Below, piece after piece: positions 1-13,249 of a DNA stretch of 64,000 nucleotides (position 1 is its first letter; every line of letters starts with the position of its first letter). A program made the translations under genes and the position numbers. Origin of the DNA: Felis catus (taxonomy: Eukaryota); contig NC_058368.1 in NCBI RefSeq assembly GCF_018350175.1, forward strand, positions 78,556,001 through 78,620,000, read 5' to 3'. Under the pieces are notes generated by a model that was not told the DNA's origin, did not search any database, and saw only the letters and a program-made list of their open reading frames with translations.

Positions 1-3000
1 AGCAAACGATAAATATTACAGCAGAAATAAATGACATAGAAGATAAAAAAACAATAGAACAGATCGGTGAAACCAGGGCCTGTTTCTTTGAAAAGATCAA
101 CAAAATTGATAAATCTCTCTAGGCAGACTCATAAAAAGCAGGAAAGACTTAAAAAATCACAAATGAAAGAGGAAAAATAACAAAAGAGCACCATGAAATA
201 CAATTTTAAGAGAATATTTTGAAAAACTGTATGCCAACAAATTAGACAGCCCAGAAGAAATGGATAAATTCCTGCAAATGTATAACCTACCAAAACTGAA
301 GCAGGAAGAAATAGAACATTTGAACAGATTGATTACCAGCAGAGGAGATTGAATCAGTAATCAAGAAACTTCCAACAAACAAAAGTCCAGGACCCAAAGG
401 CTTCACAGGTGAATTCTACCAAACATTTTAAGAAGAGTTAATACCTATTCTTCTCAAACTATTCCAATAAATATAAGAGGAAGGAAAACTTCCAAATTTA
501 TTTTATGAGGCCAGTATCATCCTGATACCAAACTAGATAAAGACACCACACCCACCCCCCCCCCCACACACACCCACAAAGAAAACTACAGAACAACATC
601 CCTAATGAACATAGATAAAAAAATCCTCAACAGAATACCAGCAAGTCAAATCCAACAATACATTAAAAAAACAAACAAACAAACAAACCAAACAAACGAA
701 AACCCCCCACCATAATCAAGTGGAATTTATTCCTGGGATGCAGGAGTCATTCAATATTTGCAAATCAGTCAATGTGATGCATGACATCAACAACAGAAAG
801 GATAAAAAGCGTATGATCATTGAAATAGATGCAGAAAAACCACTTGACAAAGTACATTAATTCATAATAAAAGCCTCAACAAAGTAGGTTCAGAGGGAAC
901 ATACCTCAAGATAATAAAGGCTGTTTGTGAAAAACCCATGCCAACATCATAGTCAGTGGGGGAAAAACTGAAAGATTTCTCTCTAAGATCAGGAACAAGA
1001 CCAGGATGTCCACTCTCATCACTCTTGTTTAACATAGAACTGGAAGTCCTACCCACAGCAGTCAGACAAACAGAAATAAAAGGCATTCAAATTGGTAAGG
1101 AAGAAGTAATATTTTCACATGACATGGATACTATATATAGAAAACCTGGAAGAGTCTACCAAAAAAGTACTAAAACTGATAAATAAATTCAGTAAAGTTG
1201 CAGAACACAAAGTCAATGTACAGGTATCTGTTGCATTTCTACACTCTAACAAGGAAGCTGCAGAAAGAGAAATTAAGAAAATGATCTCATTTACAATTGC
1301 ACCAAAAATAATACGCTACCTAAGAATAAACCTAGCCAAAGAGGATAAAGACCTATACTAGGAAAACTATTAAACATTGATCAAAGAAATTGAAGAAGGC
1401 ACAAAGAAAATGGAAAGACAGTCCATTCTCATGGATTGGAAGAAAAATTTGTTCACGTCTATACTATCAAAGCGATCTAAAAAGTTAATGCCATCCCTAT
1501 CAAAATATTGACAGCATTTTCTACAGAACTATAACAAACAATCCTAAAATTTATATGGAACCACAAAAAAACCCTGCGTAAGCAAAGCAATCTTGAGAAA
1601 GAAAAGCAAAGCTGGAGGTATCACAATTCTAGACATCAAGTTATATTACAAAACTGTAGTTGAAACAGTAGATAGTGGCACAAAAATAGACACACAGATC
1701 AATGGAACATAACAGAAAACCTAGAAACAAACCCATAATTAAATGGTGAATTAATGTTTGACAAAGCAGGAAAGACTAATGGGAAAAAGACTGTCTCTTC
1801 AACAAATGGTATTGGAAAAACTGGTCAGCTACATGCAAAACAATGAAATTGGACCACTTTCTTAAACCATACACAAAAATAAACTCAAAATGGATGAAAG
1901 ACCTAAATGTGAGACCTGAAACCATAAAAATCCTAGAAGAGAGCACAGGCAGTAATTTCTGTGACACTAGCCATAGCAACATCTGTCTAGATATGTCTTC
2001 TGAGACAAGGGAAATGAGAGCAAAATAAACTATTGGGACTACAGCAAACTAAAAAAGTTCTGCACTGTGAAGGGAACAATCGATAAAACTAAAAGGCAGC
2101 ATATGGAATGGGAGAAGACATTTGCAAATGATGTTATCTGATAAAGGATTAGTACTCAAAATATATAAAGAACTTATACAACTCAGTACTCAGAAAACAA
2201 ATAGTCCAATTAAAAATGGGCAGAAGACATGAACAGACATTTCTCCAATGAAGACATACAGATGACCAACAGACACATGAAAAGATGCTCAACATCACTC
2301 ATCATCAGGAGAATGCAAATCAAAACTGTCGTAGATATCACCTCACATCTGTCAGAATGGCTAAAATTAAAAACAACAACACCACCAGCACACAGGCAAT
2401 AGCCACGTTTTGGAAAGGGTGTGGAGACAAAGGAGCTCTCTTGCATTGTTGTTGGGGATGCCCACTGGTGTATCCACTGTGGGAAACAGTATGAAGTTTC
2501 CTCAAAAAAATTAAAAAAAATTAATTACCTTTGGATCCAGTAATCACACTACTGATTTACCTCTACCCCCAAAAACACGAAGTTCAAAGGGATACATGCA
2601 CCCCTGTGTTTATTGTGACATTATTTACAATAGCTAAATATGGAAGCAGCCCAAGTGTCCATTAATAGAAAGATGACTAAAGAAGAGGTAGAATATTCAG
2701 CCATAAAAAGAATGAAATTTTGCCCTTTGCAAGGACATGGATGGAGCTAGAGAGTACAGTGCTAGGCAAAACAAATTAATCAAAGAAAGATAAACACCAT
2801 ATGATTTCACTCATATGTGGAAATTAAGAAACAATACAAATGAGCAATGGAAAAAAGGGGGGTGCCTGGGTGACTCAGTTGGTTAAGCATTCGACTCTTG
2901 ATTTTGGCTCAGATCACAGTCTCGTGGTTTGTGTATTCGAGTCTCACATTGGGCTCTGTGCTGACCATGCAGAGTCTGCTTGGGATTCTCTCTCTGCCCC

Positions 3001-3273
3001 TCCCTTGCTCTCTCTCTCTCTCGCTCAATAAAATTAAAAAGATTAAAGAGAGAGAGAGAAGGGCAAACCAAGAAACAGACTTTTAACTACAGAGAACACA
3101 CTGAGAATTACCAGAAGGAAGGTGAGCAGGGAAATGGTGGAATTAGGGGATGGGGATTAAGAAGTGCACCTGTTGTGATGAGCCGCGGGTGATGTATGGA
3201 AGTGCTGAATCACTATATTGTACACCTGAAACTAATATAACATTGTATGTTAACTATGTGGGGATTAAAAAAA
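1..3273 (+). mobile_element. LINE-1 (carnivore L1) 3' portion: disrupted ORF2 plus 3' UTR and short A-tail, 5' end beyond window
   Basis: ORF fragments read as L1 ORF2 ([62 protein letters not shown]) with frameshifts and stops. A carnivore-type 3' UTR ends in AAAAAAAA at ~3270. Confidence 0.95.
2859..3047 (+). mobile_element. Can-SINE inserted into the L1 3' UTR
   Basis: GGGGTGCCTGGGTGACTCAGTTGGTTAAG head, (CT)n tract and AATAAA/A-rich tail; L1 UTR continues on both sides. Confidence 0.9.
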
Positions 3274-3697
3274 ATCATACAAAGATCTATTTTAAGCTGA
3301 TAATAACTTTATAGAAAATCTCTACTCCTTTACACCCCCTGCCATTTTATGTTCTTGATGTCACGTATTACATTTTTATACTGTGTATCCATTAGCATAA
3401 CTTTATAGTTATTTCTTACGCTTTGGTCTTTTGAATTTTATACTGTAATTAAAAGTGATGTAAGCACTATCATTACAGTATTATAGGATTCTGTGTTTGA
3501 GTACATACTTGCCTTTACCAGAGAGTTTTACATTTTTGCATGCTTTCTTTTTTATGTGAGCATTTTCCACTTCAGTTTGAAGGACTCTGATTAGCATTTC
3601 TTGTAATGCAGTTCTCGTGGTACTGTGTCTCTCAACTTCTGCTTATCTGGGAAAGTCTATTTCTCTTTCATATTTGCAGGACAGTTGGGTATATTCT

Positions 3698-3891
3698 GTT
3701 TTTTAAAATGTTTTATTTTATTCATTTTGAGCGAGGATTAGAGACAGAAAGAGAGGGGAAGAGAGAATCCCAAGCAGGACCCTGACATCACTGCAGAGCC
3801 CCGTGCAGGTCTTGATCTTATGAACCGAGAGATCATGACATGAGACAAAATGAAGAGTCAAATGCTTAACCGACTGAGCCACCAGGTGCCC
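3698..3891 (-). mobile_element. Can-SINE with TSD GGGTATATTCT
   Basis: Reverse-complement SINE body; direct repeat at 3687-3697 and 3892-3902. Confidence 0.9.
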
Positions 3892-4392
3892 GGGTATATT
3901 CTCAATTGGCGAGTTTTTTTTTTTTCTTTTAGTACTTTGAATATATTTTATCCCACTCCTTTCAGACCTGAAAGATTTATCCTGGGAAATCTGCTGATAA
4001 CATTATGAGAGCTCCCTAGTACATGATGAGTTACTTTTCTTTTGCCATTCTCAGGATTCTCTTTTCATCTTTGACTTTTGACAGTTTGATCATGTGTCTC
4101 AATGTGGGTCTTCTGAGTTCATCCTAATAGGAATACATTGAGCTTCTTAAATATGATGTCCATTTCCTTCCTTAGACATGGAAAATTTTTAGCCAGTATT
4201 TATTCAAAGAAACTCTCTTTTTTTGTTTGTCTTTCTTCTAGGAATCCCATTTGAGTATATTGATCTCCTTTTAATGTCTTATTTAATGGGGCAATTCTGA
4301 ATTTGTTGTCAGATATTTCATTGATTTTTCATTTCTTTAAGATTGATTTTGGAGAGTTGGTTTTCCTTTGATTGTGTCATGTTTTTCTTTTT

Positions 4393-4429
4393 CCCCTTCC
4401 TTCCTTCTTTCCTTCCTTCCCTCCTTTTT

Positions 4430-4485
<56 letters not shown>

Positions 4486-4528
4486 TCCTTCCTTCCTTCC
4501 TTCCTTCCTTCCTTCCTTCCTTCCTTCC
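4393..4528. repeat. Compound (CTTT)n/(CCTT)n microsatellite
   Basis: Directly visible; explains the FLSF/RKE low-complexity ORFs. Confidence 0.97.
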
Positions 4529-5571
4529 TGGGACTTGGGATTATGAAAAAGGAGCCACCTACCCTACTTTTCATAGTCTGGCTATGTACAGGGTCAAACC
4601 TTCACCGATCAACCTAGTTAGAGACTCTGGGAGTCCCCTAAACCTTTATGGGGATACGTCTTCTCTGTGTGATCTTCCAATTGGAGAGGTTTACCAGTTT
4701 CTTTCTCAGGAGCTTGTAACCTCCCCCTCCCTCTGGTGTCTGTGATGCGGCAGGCTCTCTGGTGCTGGAGGAAGACATGGAGCTCTCTTCCATTCTCAGT
4801 GGTTCCCAGGCATCCAGGGTGTGCTAGTTCAGTCAGTGCCCCGCGTCAGGCTAGACAGAAACTAGTCCCCCAGGCAGCCTACAAAAGCTGGAATGTTCCA
4901 TGCATGTTCCTCTCTTCTTTTTTCCTTCCTGAGGTTGAAGGTATGGCTTGGGAATTTTCTCCCAATCATGAGGGGCTGTGCCAACTTGGGGGCAGGGCAG
5001 TTGTGGATAGAAACCAAAGGCTTTTCTTATTCATTTCAATGCAGCTATTCTTGGCATTGGGCCTGCCTGGGCTACAGTAACTACTGTGGGGCATTTTGGT
5101 CTATTTATTATTTTTGTCAAGTCAGTGGATCTGTGGGAGAAGCAGAGATGGGGCTTCTCATTCCATCGTCTTGCTGATGCCACTCCATAGGCTGGAGTTT
5201 AGTTTGATTTTAACAAGGAAGTCTTCCAACTTTTTTGGATTTGACTGACGGCATCATTGCCTTGATCAGCTGTGACCCACGTCTGTGGATAGGAGACTCT
5301 GGGTGAGGTGAGAGAGGTTAATTGAGCCAAGTTGCCTTTAGGGCAAAGTATTTAATTGACTGGTGTCAGTCTTGGGCAATCAAAGATCAACTTTAATGAG
5401 ACATAGCTGAAAGAATAGGCAGAGAGGTGTGACAATTATAGGAAGAAATCTAAGTAGAGGATTGATCAAGGCCAAAACATTGAGGAACAGAAGACTGAAA
5501 TGGGATTCCAAGTGATCTTCGAGACCGGTAAGATACATGTACAGCATGAAGGCACTTCATGAGTGGAAGTT

Positions 5572-5572
<1 letters not shown>

Positions 5573-5614
<42 letters not shown>
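5573..5614. repeat. (CA)n microsatellite
   Basis: Directly visible. Confidence 0.97.
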
Positions 5615-5618
<4 letters not shown>

Positions 5619-6309
5619 AGATGGAGTATTGATTGTTATAGAAACATTGCAAAGTACATATGAACCAAAACAGAAAGTGAAATAGTTCACGTTTCCACTA
5701 CTCTGTGGGAATATACCTTTTACACCTTGGTGTATATTCCTTCATAACAGTATCTGTCTGTATGGATATGTCACATTATGCATGATTATGTATATGGGTA
5801 TTCGTGTGAATGTGTATCAGTCACCATTCATTTTCCTGTTTTCCCCATTACTTAGTACCCAAATGGTTTGGGTGAAATTGAACCAAATCAGACTTTGGAA
5901 GTAGACCATGATTTAGCTCAGGTTTATCAGCATACTAGTAATCTGTTGCTCTGGTGATTTTTCAGGGTTAAGAACTGATCCAACCAAATGGTTCTTCCAT
6001 TATTGAGTCTATATCCATCTATCTATCTGTCTATATGTCTGTCTGTCTATCCCTCCCTCCCTCTCTCCCCCTTTTCTCCCTCTTTACATTGTCCTGCTGC
6101 AGCCATGTTGCTGTCATGACAAAAACTGGCCTCTGAGGAAAACTACCATGAGACACGGTAGAAGGTGAATGAGAAAAGAAAGGTGCTAACATGGTAATCA
6201 GATCACACCTACACACTCCCCCATGCAAACTACTTCTGATTCTAATTTTGTGGGTTGTAGAAGGGCAGTCATTCTCTTTAATTCTCTTAAGTTAATTTTC
6301 GTCTTTTTT

Positions 6310-6765
6310 ATTGACAACTATGACACTCAAAAGAGAAAAAATGCATGTAACATACACAGCAACTTTAACGAATTATTATAAGGTAAACACATGTATCAAG
6401 AAATAAACCCCTGTAAGCAGCTCCACTAGTCACTGTCTTTACTTTTATAGTATTTATTTCTTTTTATTGTCTGTATAGTGTTATTATTTTTGCATCCCTG
6501 AACACGCAGGGATGGAGTTTTGTTCAGACTGATTGTGAACTTTGTGTGAATGGAATCGCCAAATATTTGTTGCATGAGATGTAGGTTATTCAGTTTCATT
6601 GCTGGATATTTCTTCTTCTGAGTATACCAGAATGTAGTTATCCATTCTGCTGTTGCTGGGCTTGGGGGTTTGCATTTGCAGTTTGAGTACAAATGATGCT
6701 ACTCTGTGAAGTCCTGGGATGCATGTATACATATGTAGGTGTGGTGTATACCTAGAAGGCAAGGG
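6310..6765 (-). mobile_element. Ancient L1 (L1ME-like) 3'-end fragment
   Basis: Reverse-complement L1 3' UTR motifs (ttcagtttcattgctg...atccattctgctgttgctgggcttggg...cagtttg). Confidence 0.55.
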
Positions 6766-6784
6766 CTGGGTTATGAAAACAAAT

Positions 6785-8290
6785 ACTTTAGATGATTTGG
6801 ACCAGCACTTTAAAGATCTTGGCAGGCTGATATCTGGGGTTAAGAATAACAGGGAAGGCTTTATTAGGGAGAATTTTAAGCCTTGTTGGCTGATTAAAAA
6901 TATTAATGTTATGCACAAGTCCAGAAAATCAAGACCTATCATGACAACAGAGCATTTGGAATAAATTTGTGGGTATTAGGTGATTAATGCTTAGCGTCAT
7001 GAGCCATCATAAATGCAGATAGGTGATCAATATGGAAACCTAGTATCTAATATCCTAAGTGGATGAGTTCACATTTAGAGTACTGTATTCATTTGGAGGA
7101 GGTGTATATCTGGAGTATATACAGAGAAAATAAGCCAGAATGGTTAAAGTCTAGAAAGAGCAATGTGGAAAGTTTGTCCTGGGAGGGTCTACCCTAGAAA
7201 ATGGTAGAGAGCATGTTGTACCTTTCATATAGAAAATCATTACACCTATTTTGTTATCTCTGTATGGTCGGCCTTGGACCAGTGGGTGGGGTGGGAGAAG
7301 ATTGTACAAGGAATGCTTCATTAGCCTCATATATTTTGTATTTTTTTAATTTAAATTTTAGTTAACATACAGCACGATACTGGTTCAGGAGTAGAATTCA
7401 GTGATTCCTCACTTACATACAACAACCAAGGCTCATCACAAGTACCCTCCTTAATACCCATTACCCATCTGGCCCACCTCCCACCCATGTCTCTCCATCA
7501 ACCCATGGTTTGTTTTCTGTCATAAAGAGTCTCTTGTGGTTTGTTTCTCTCTCTTCTTGCCCTCCCCTTCCCATATGTTCATCTGTTTTGTTTCTTAAAT
7601 TCCACATCAGTGAAATCATATGATATTTGCCTTTCTCTGATTGACTTATTTCAATACATTCTAGCTCCATCCACGTCATTGCAAATGACAAGATTTCACA
7701 CTTTTTGATGGCTATATATATATATATCACTCAAAAAGAGTGAAATCTTGTCAGTATGTGTGTGTGTATGTGTGTATGTGTGTGTACACACATACACTAC
7801 ATCTTCTTTATCCGTTCATCAGTTGATGGACATTTGGGTGCTCTCCATAATTTGCCTGTTGTTGATAATGCTGCTATAAACATTTGGGTGCATATACCCC
7901 TTTGAATCTGTACTTTTGTATCCTTTGGATACAAAATAGTGCAATTGCTTGACCTTAGGGTAGTTCTATTTTTAGTTTCTTAAGGAACCTCCATACTTTT
8001 CCCATTTGCAATTGCACCAAAAACAGTAAGAAACCTAGGAATAAGCCTAACTAAAGAGGTAAAAGATCTATACTTGGAAAACCATAGAACACTTAGGAAA
8101 GAAATTGAAAAGGACACAAAGAAATTCCTAATATTTTAATACAAATGTGGCCTCTAATAAAGGAAGGGATGATCTTAAAATATAGAGAGCTCATTATCAA
8201 AGATGTTTCAAACAGAAATGGGAAAACCATATTCCTGAGATGTCTAGATGTCCTGGGTCTAGGTGATAACTTTAGTCTTCTCAGTGTATC
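6785..8290 (+). mobile_element. Highly decayed CR1/L3 LINE 3' region, interrupted by the L1 at 7335-8124
   Basis: CR1-like motifs: catttagagtactgtattcatttgg, tctggagtatatacagagaaaataagccagaatggttaaagtctagaaa, and after the L1 gagctcattatcaaagatgtttcaaacagaaatggg. Confidence 0.45.
7335..8124 (-). mobile_element. 5'-truncated carnivore L1 with a 5' inversion (7335-8000 antisense 3' end; 8001-8124 opposite-orientation ORF2 piece)
   Basis: 7335-8000 is the reverse complement of a carnivore L1 3' end. 8001-8124 matches the + strand ORF2 sequence at ~1287-1410 of this window. Confidence 0.85.
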
Positions 8291-9372
8291 TCCCTTGCAG
8301 GCAAGGCAGGAAAAATTCACAGCCCCAACCAGGGAAATGCTGGATAACCTTCAGTGTCCTGTGCAAAGCATTTCTCTGTGTCTTGAACAGAAAGGCATTT
8401 CTTAGTCCTAAAATTACAGCTTCCACTCGCCATATATAATGTGACTCAGACAACTGCACCTGTTTTCCATACCAATAGTTACTACTTGAAAAAAGGGATA
8501 AAGTCAAAACAAAGGGACAATTAATCCCTAAGGATAGATATGTAAAAGATGTACAAAATCGCATTCCATAGTAAATAACCTCATATGGGTGTTCTTTGAG
8601 GTTCTGGCTTGCTTGTTTCAGAACAGTCTTGACCTATAGCAGCAGGAATTACGATGCAGGCATCTCTCAGTGAGAAAAGAGAATGTCAGAATTCAAGATG
8701 CTTTGGAAAAAAGTCAATGATGATTTTAAGTTTCTAAAATAATGTAATAGAATTGAAAACCTCTACCAGGCCGAAGAAGAGACATAAATTCAGTGATGCG
8801 ACCTACACTGATACACCTAAAAAAAAGAAAAAAAATCCCTAAGCATCTTGGAATAGGTGCTGTTTTTAAAGTGTTGAAGAAAATAGAAGAAAGAATTCCT
8901 GGTGCTTAGATGATTTTGCACATTCTCTACAGATCAGTAGCATAATAAATTTCTTAAATCTGCATCAAGATCGTCTTACCAGAGGCAAGAAGTCCAGATT
9001 TCACACAGGTGAGCACAGAATAGTTTCATCTTGCATAGCAGATGGCTCCAGGTCAGTGGCCAACAACAATTTGTAACACACCGATGATAATATAAGGCAG
9101 CCAGCTCTTTCCTTGGAGTGCAACCTGCTTTATAAAAAGAAAACCGGCTGGTGACTTTCTGTAGCAGAGAAATCTCTCCCCTTCCCGCTCTCCATCTTTT
9201 CCTTTCTCTCTTTCTTCCAAAGTATGGGTTGAACTCTACTCAGTCACTCTCCTGTTTGTGTAAAAGTACTGCAAATAGAAGCAAGTTGGATATTTAAATA
9301 GATATAAACAAATTTGAACAATGTAAATAAGAATAAGATTTACTTGATCACAATAAGCCATATGCAAAATGT

Positions 9373-9375
<3 letters not shown>

Positions 9376-9404
<29 letters not shown>
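9376..9404. repeat. (CA)n microsatellite
   Basis: Directly visible. Confidence 0.95.
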
Positions 9405-9408
<4 letters not shown>

Positions 9409-9904
9409 TACACGTATATCGTGGGGGGAAAATACAACTTTCATCCAAAATCCTGTGTTTTCTTAAGAGTTTACAGAAGTAGTCTCATAAAAGGACAGCA
9501 TGTAAAAATGTGGGACGAGTAAATGTGCCAGGGAGTGGCTTTCCTGTCACCTCTTCCCCCGAAAAGAAGGACCTGAAGTTCCTGGCATTATATAAACAAA
9601 TTCAAGATATGAGTTTTGAAAAGTTAAGCACGTGTGCACTTTCATACTGTATCTGTTTTAATGAGAAATTTGATGTAACAAAGCCACATTGAAAGGAAGG
9701 CTACCTTTCGTCCTTGAGACTGTGACCCGAGACTGTGACCCTGGGACCAGCAGTTTCCAAGGTAGCAGCTTACCAGAATTTTAAGTGTATGGTCAGCGAG
9801 GAAATGAGCAAAATGAGGATAAAACTTCTCACATACTCGTTTTCTCTGACTTCTCATTTCTCTTGCCTTCTCCCTCGTCTTTCTTCCTTGTCCCCCTCCC
9901 TCCC

Positions 9905-10040
9905 CGTGATCTGTGGCAAGTCATTTAACACCACTGTCTGACAGTGTCTGAATTATACAGTGTGCATCATGAGATCTTTGGGTCGCTTCAGCTTTAATGA
10001 GAATCAAATGAAATGATGTATGTGAAAGTCCTTTTCAAAA
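9905..10040 (+). mobile_element. MIR SINE fragment
   Basis: ggcaagtcatttaac ... gagaatcaaatgaaatgatgtatgtgaaagtcctt MIR core-like motifs. Confidence 0.6.
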
Positions 10041-10067
10041 CTGTAGTATACACTCTGTAAACACATA

Positions 10068-10069
10068 AC

Positions 10070-10115
<46 letters not shown>

Positions 10116-10144
10116 ACTTATCTATCTCTATCAATCAACTATCT
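10068..10144. repeat. (CTAT)n tetranucleotide microsatellite
   Basis: Directly visible. Confidence 0.95.
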
Positions 10145-10921
10145 AAACAGTTATATATGTGAGCAAACATTACAATCATAATGAAACCACAGGTCATTTT
10201 CCATGAAAAAAAACCCCCCGCAGTTTGTATGTGTGAATAGATATAGTCAGACTCTATCTGTTATTTGGATATTAGAAATTAGTGTTTAGGTCAACGTTAT
10301 GGAATTGAATTTCTCATTAAAAAACACTTTGTAAATAACTACTTGTTTGGGGGAGTTACTGATCGTTGATACCTTGAATTAGTAAAAATATGACACGTGG
10401 AACAAAATTGGTACTTGTCAAGGGGAAAATTGGCTGGTAAAAATCTGTTGACGATCTGATATATTTTTACAGTTCTATCAAATGATAATATACATTGAAA
10501 TTCTCTTCAGTCTCAGAGGCGTGTGAGTCCATAAGCTTTTCCCATTCTTTGTAGCACAGATACAGGCAATTTAAATGCCTACCTTGGGTGTGTGTCATCA
10601 GAAGCAAAGCTGTCACAGTGGCTCTTAGCCTCGTTTCTCCCAGCAAAGCCTCCAGCAGGTGCCCTGACACCCGTCCTCCAGGAGCAGGGGACTGTCATTT
10701 AAGCGGGTTCCCCAGAGAACTCAGATTACTCCCTGTGATGGGCAAGACCCATCTTGTCTGTCCTCTCCCTCCTAACCTCCTCCTCCTCCTTTCTTCTCCC
10801 CCAGCTCCCCTCCCCCTCTCTCCATTCCTTTCCTCCAGTTTCTCTCTTTCCTTGCCTTTCTCCTTGAACTTGGCATCTGTAGCCCTGTTGTGCCAAGTGC
10901 GAGGCAGAAACAGCACAAGAC

Positions 10922-10968
10922 ATGTCCTCTGACCTAGCGAGGTCTGCCGTCCAGGTGGAGAGAGGCAG
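10922..10968 (+). CDS. Candidate first coding exon (MSSDLARSAVQVERG-, phase 2) of an unidentified plus-strand gene
   Basis: gacATG with a purine at -3, 15 open codons, strong donor CAG|GTGAGC at 10968/10969. Preceded by a repeat-free, GC-richer, pyrimidine-tract region (10580-10920) resembling a 5' UTR/promoter. Confidence 0.35.
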
Positions 10969-11281
10969 GTGAGCACAGGAACGGAGGCAGAGTGAGAGCC
11001 AGTGTCTGTCTGTCCCTGCAAGAGAGGAGCAGAGAGACGAGTGCCAGTGGCACTAGGGGAGAGGGTGGGTCAGTGAGACGGGGAATAGGTCGGGAGACTT
11101 CACGGATGACACATAGTGGGTCTTGTGCGATGCCTGCAGGACAAAAACGGTGATGTTCTGTGGATACTTAAGTCAAGGTTCGATGATAAGATCTTGTCGT
11201 TTATGAATGATTTTCTGCAATTCAGTGCTAGGCGACAAGTAGGGCAAACCCATATTGCTTTTAAAATGGAATCCAACTTAG

Positions 11282-11506
11282 TTTTTTTTTTTAAATTTTT
11301 TTTCAACGTTTATTTATTTTTGGGACAGAGAGAGACAGAGCATGAACGGGGGAGGGGCAGAGAGAGAGGGAGACACAGAATCAGAAACAGGCTCCAGGCT
11401 CCGAGCCATCAGCCCAGAGCCTGACGCGGGGCTCGAACTCACGGACCGCGAGATCGTGACCGGGCTGAAGTTGGACGCTTAACCGACTGCGCCACCCAGG
11501 CGCCCC
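11282..11506 (-). mobile_element. Young feline Can-SINE (SINEC_Fc-like), TSD CAACTTAGTTT
   Basis: CpG-rich near-consensus body; direct repeat at 11274-11284 and 11507-11517. Confidence 0.95.
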
Positions 11507-12479
11507 CAACTTAGTTTAATTATCTACAAAGACTTTTTCTCACACGGGTGTCTGTTACAGGAGGAGAGTCTTGCTTTTTTTCTTTTTTTTTCTCAGACTT
11601 AATTTGCTGTAATATAAATGTATTAGGTGCCTGCTTTCTGCCTCACCTCTGTGCAGCTGCGTGGTAAATGGCACTATTCAAACTGATAACTGTTCTCCTT
11701 ATGTCTGATAATCTGCCGCTGAGCCTGGTATTTGGGACCTTAAGTAGTTTTGCCTGTAAATGTAATTATATTTAATGATCTGTTTTGTAAATACAATGGT
11801 TTTTCCTTTTTGTGGGTCGTCAACTGAATCCTAATGTGGAAAAAAATAAGGAAATGTGAGCATTATACATTTCAGAAAATACTGCTCGTATTGTGCATAT
11901 GTTATACATTGTTCTAGATTTACATTAAGCACAATTCCATTACTATTAATTTCCAGCAACATAAATATGTTGCAGATTTATATAAATGCTCCTTTGCAAT
12001 TTTTACACAGTTCTCCCCAATATAATACAGCCGGTATCGTGTACGAAGGGTGCTAACTAGTTATCAGTTATTTTCCACATGTTGAAGCGGAATCAAAGTC
12101 ATAAAGGGAGGAAGAAAAGAAACTTAAGTACAGAGACTATTTTGCATAGGTACTGATGATGTACTAGAAAAGATCATCTTTCTCATGTGCTCTGGCATTG
12201 TCCAGAACGGGGCCAGAAGTTCGGAGATACACGAATTCCTCCCTATTCAGAAAGTAATGACTTCTATGATTTATGTGATCCAGTAATGTGCCAGAAAGCA
12301 AATCTCTGGCAAGTGTATTCCTGTTCGACTACTGAATGAATGAACAAATGAATAGAAGTAAATCCTATTTAGTATCTGTTCCTTCTTTTCCACATGGATT
12401 TAAAATTGTATTTCAGGAGAATCTACTTATTGGATCCCATAATTCCTAAGAACATACCAGTATCTAATTTTTTCACACG

Positions 12480-12814
12480 TGTATCAGTTTTCTATGGCTG
12501 ACATAACAAGGGTACTGCAGACTAGGAGGCTTTGACAGCAGACATTCATTGTCTCACAGTTCAGGGACTGGGAGGTCAAGGTCAAGGTCAAGGTATCTGC
12601 AGGGTCGGTTCTGGGGGTGGGGTGGTAAGGAACGATCTATGCCACACTTCTCCCCTACCTCCTGGCGCTTAGCCTGCAGTCTTTGGCATTGTGGCTAATT
12701 ACATCTGCAATGACCCTGTTTCCAAAGAAGATCAAATTCGGAGGTACTGGAGTTAGGGCTTCAGCATATGTTATTTCTGGGTTGGGTGAAGCGGTACAGA
12801 ATTCAACCCAGTAT
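12480..12814. mobile_element. MaLR solo LTR (MLT1-type)
   Basis: tgtatcagttttctatggctg...ttgtctcacagttc...gaggtactggagttagggcttcagcatatg...aattcaaccc, typical MLT1 motifs. Confidence 0.8.
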
Positions 12815-13249
12815 AGAATGTCGAAGAAAGTCCCCAGTCCTTTCTATACCGGAGCTATCTGGACAGAGCATGAGATTAAATACAGACTGTGCGATATAAC
12901 AGACTCAGTAAGGGGAATAGCGGGATGAGAAGAGGTCTCAAGGGCAGAGATAGTAGTGAAGACACCGCTGTCAACTCTAGTTGCGCTAAATCAGGGAAGG
13001 CTTCGCAGAGGAGTGGGGCTTGAGCATTGAAAGAGGTGTAGACATTTGGTGAACGTGAACCTCCAATTTAATTTATCTTAAAGGGAACTCAATTTTTCTA
13101 ACTAAACTTGTCCCTTCCCTTGAATCAGTTGAATCGAATTGGTTCTATTAACGGAACCAGCGGAATCGGAGTCTTCTGCCTCCTCCATCAGATCCGTTTA
13201 GATCGGGAATGTCCTCTCTTCTCTCCTCACAAAATTGCTGTATCCTTTC

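Larger units (their letters stand above)
3290..5180 (-). mobile_element. Older LINE-1 (L1M-type) 5'-half fragment, antisense
   Basis: T-rich sequence resembling the reverse complement of L1 ORF1/ORF2-start (e.g. agcatttcttgtaatgcagttctcgtgg, tatcccactccttt...aaatctgctgataa), interrupted by a SINE and a microsatellite. Confidence 0.7.

Noticed and set aside
862..2494. Reverse-transcriptase-like ORF fragments as a functional gene
   Set aside because: Fragments of a dead L1 ORF2 with many stops and frameshifts.
4343..4745. Phe/Leu/Ser-rich and RKE-rich ORFs (also 18273-18711)
   Set aside because: Microsatellite translations.
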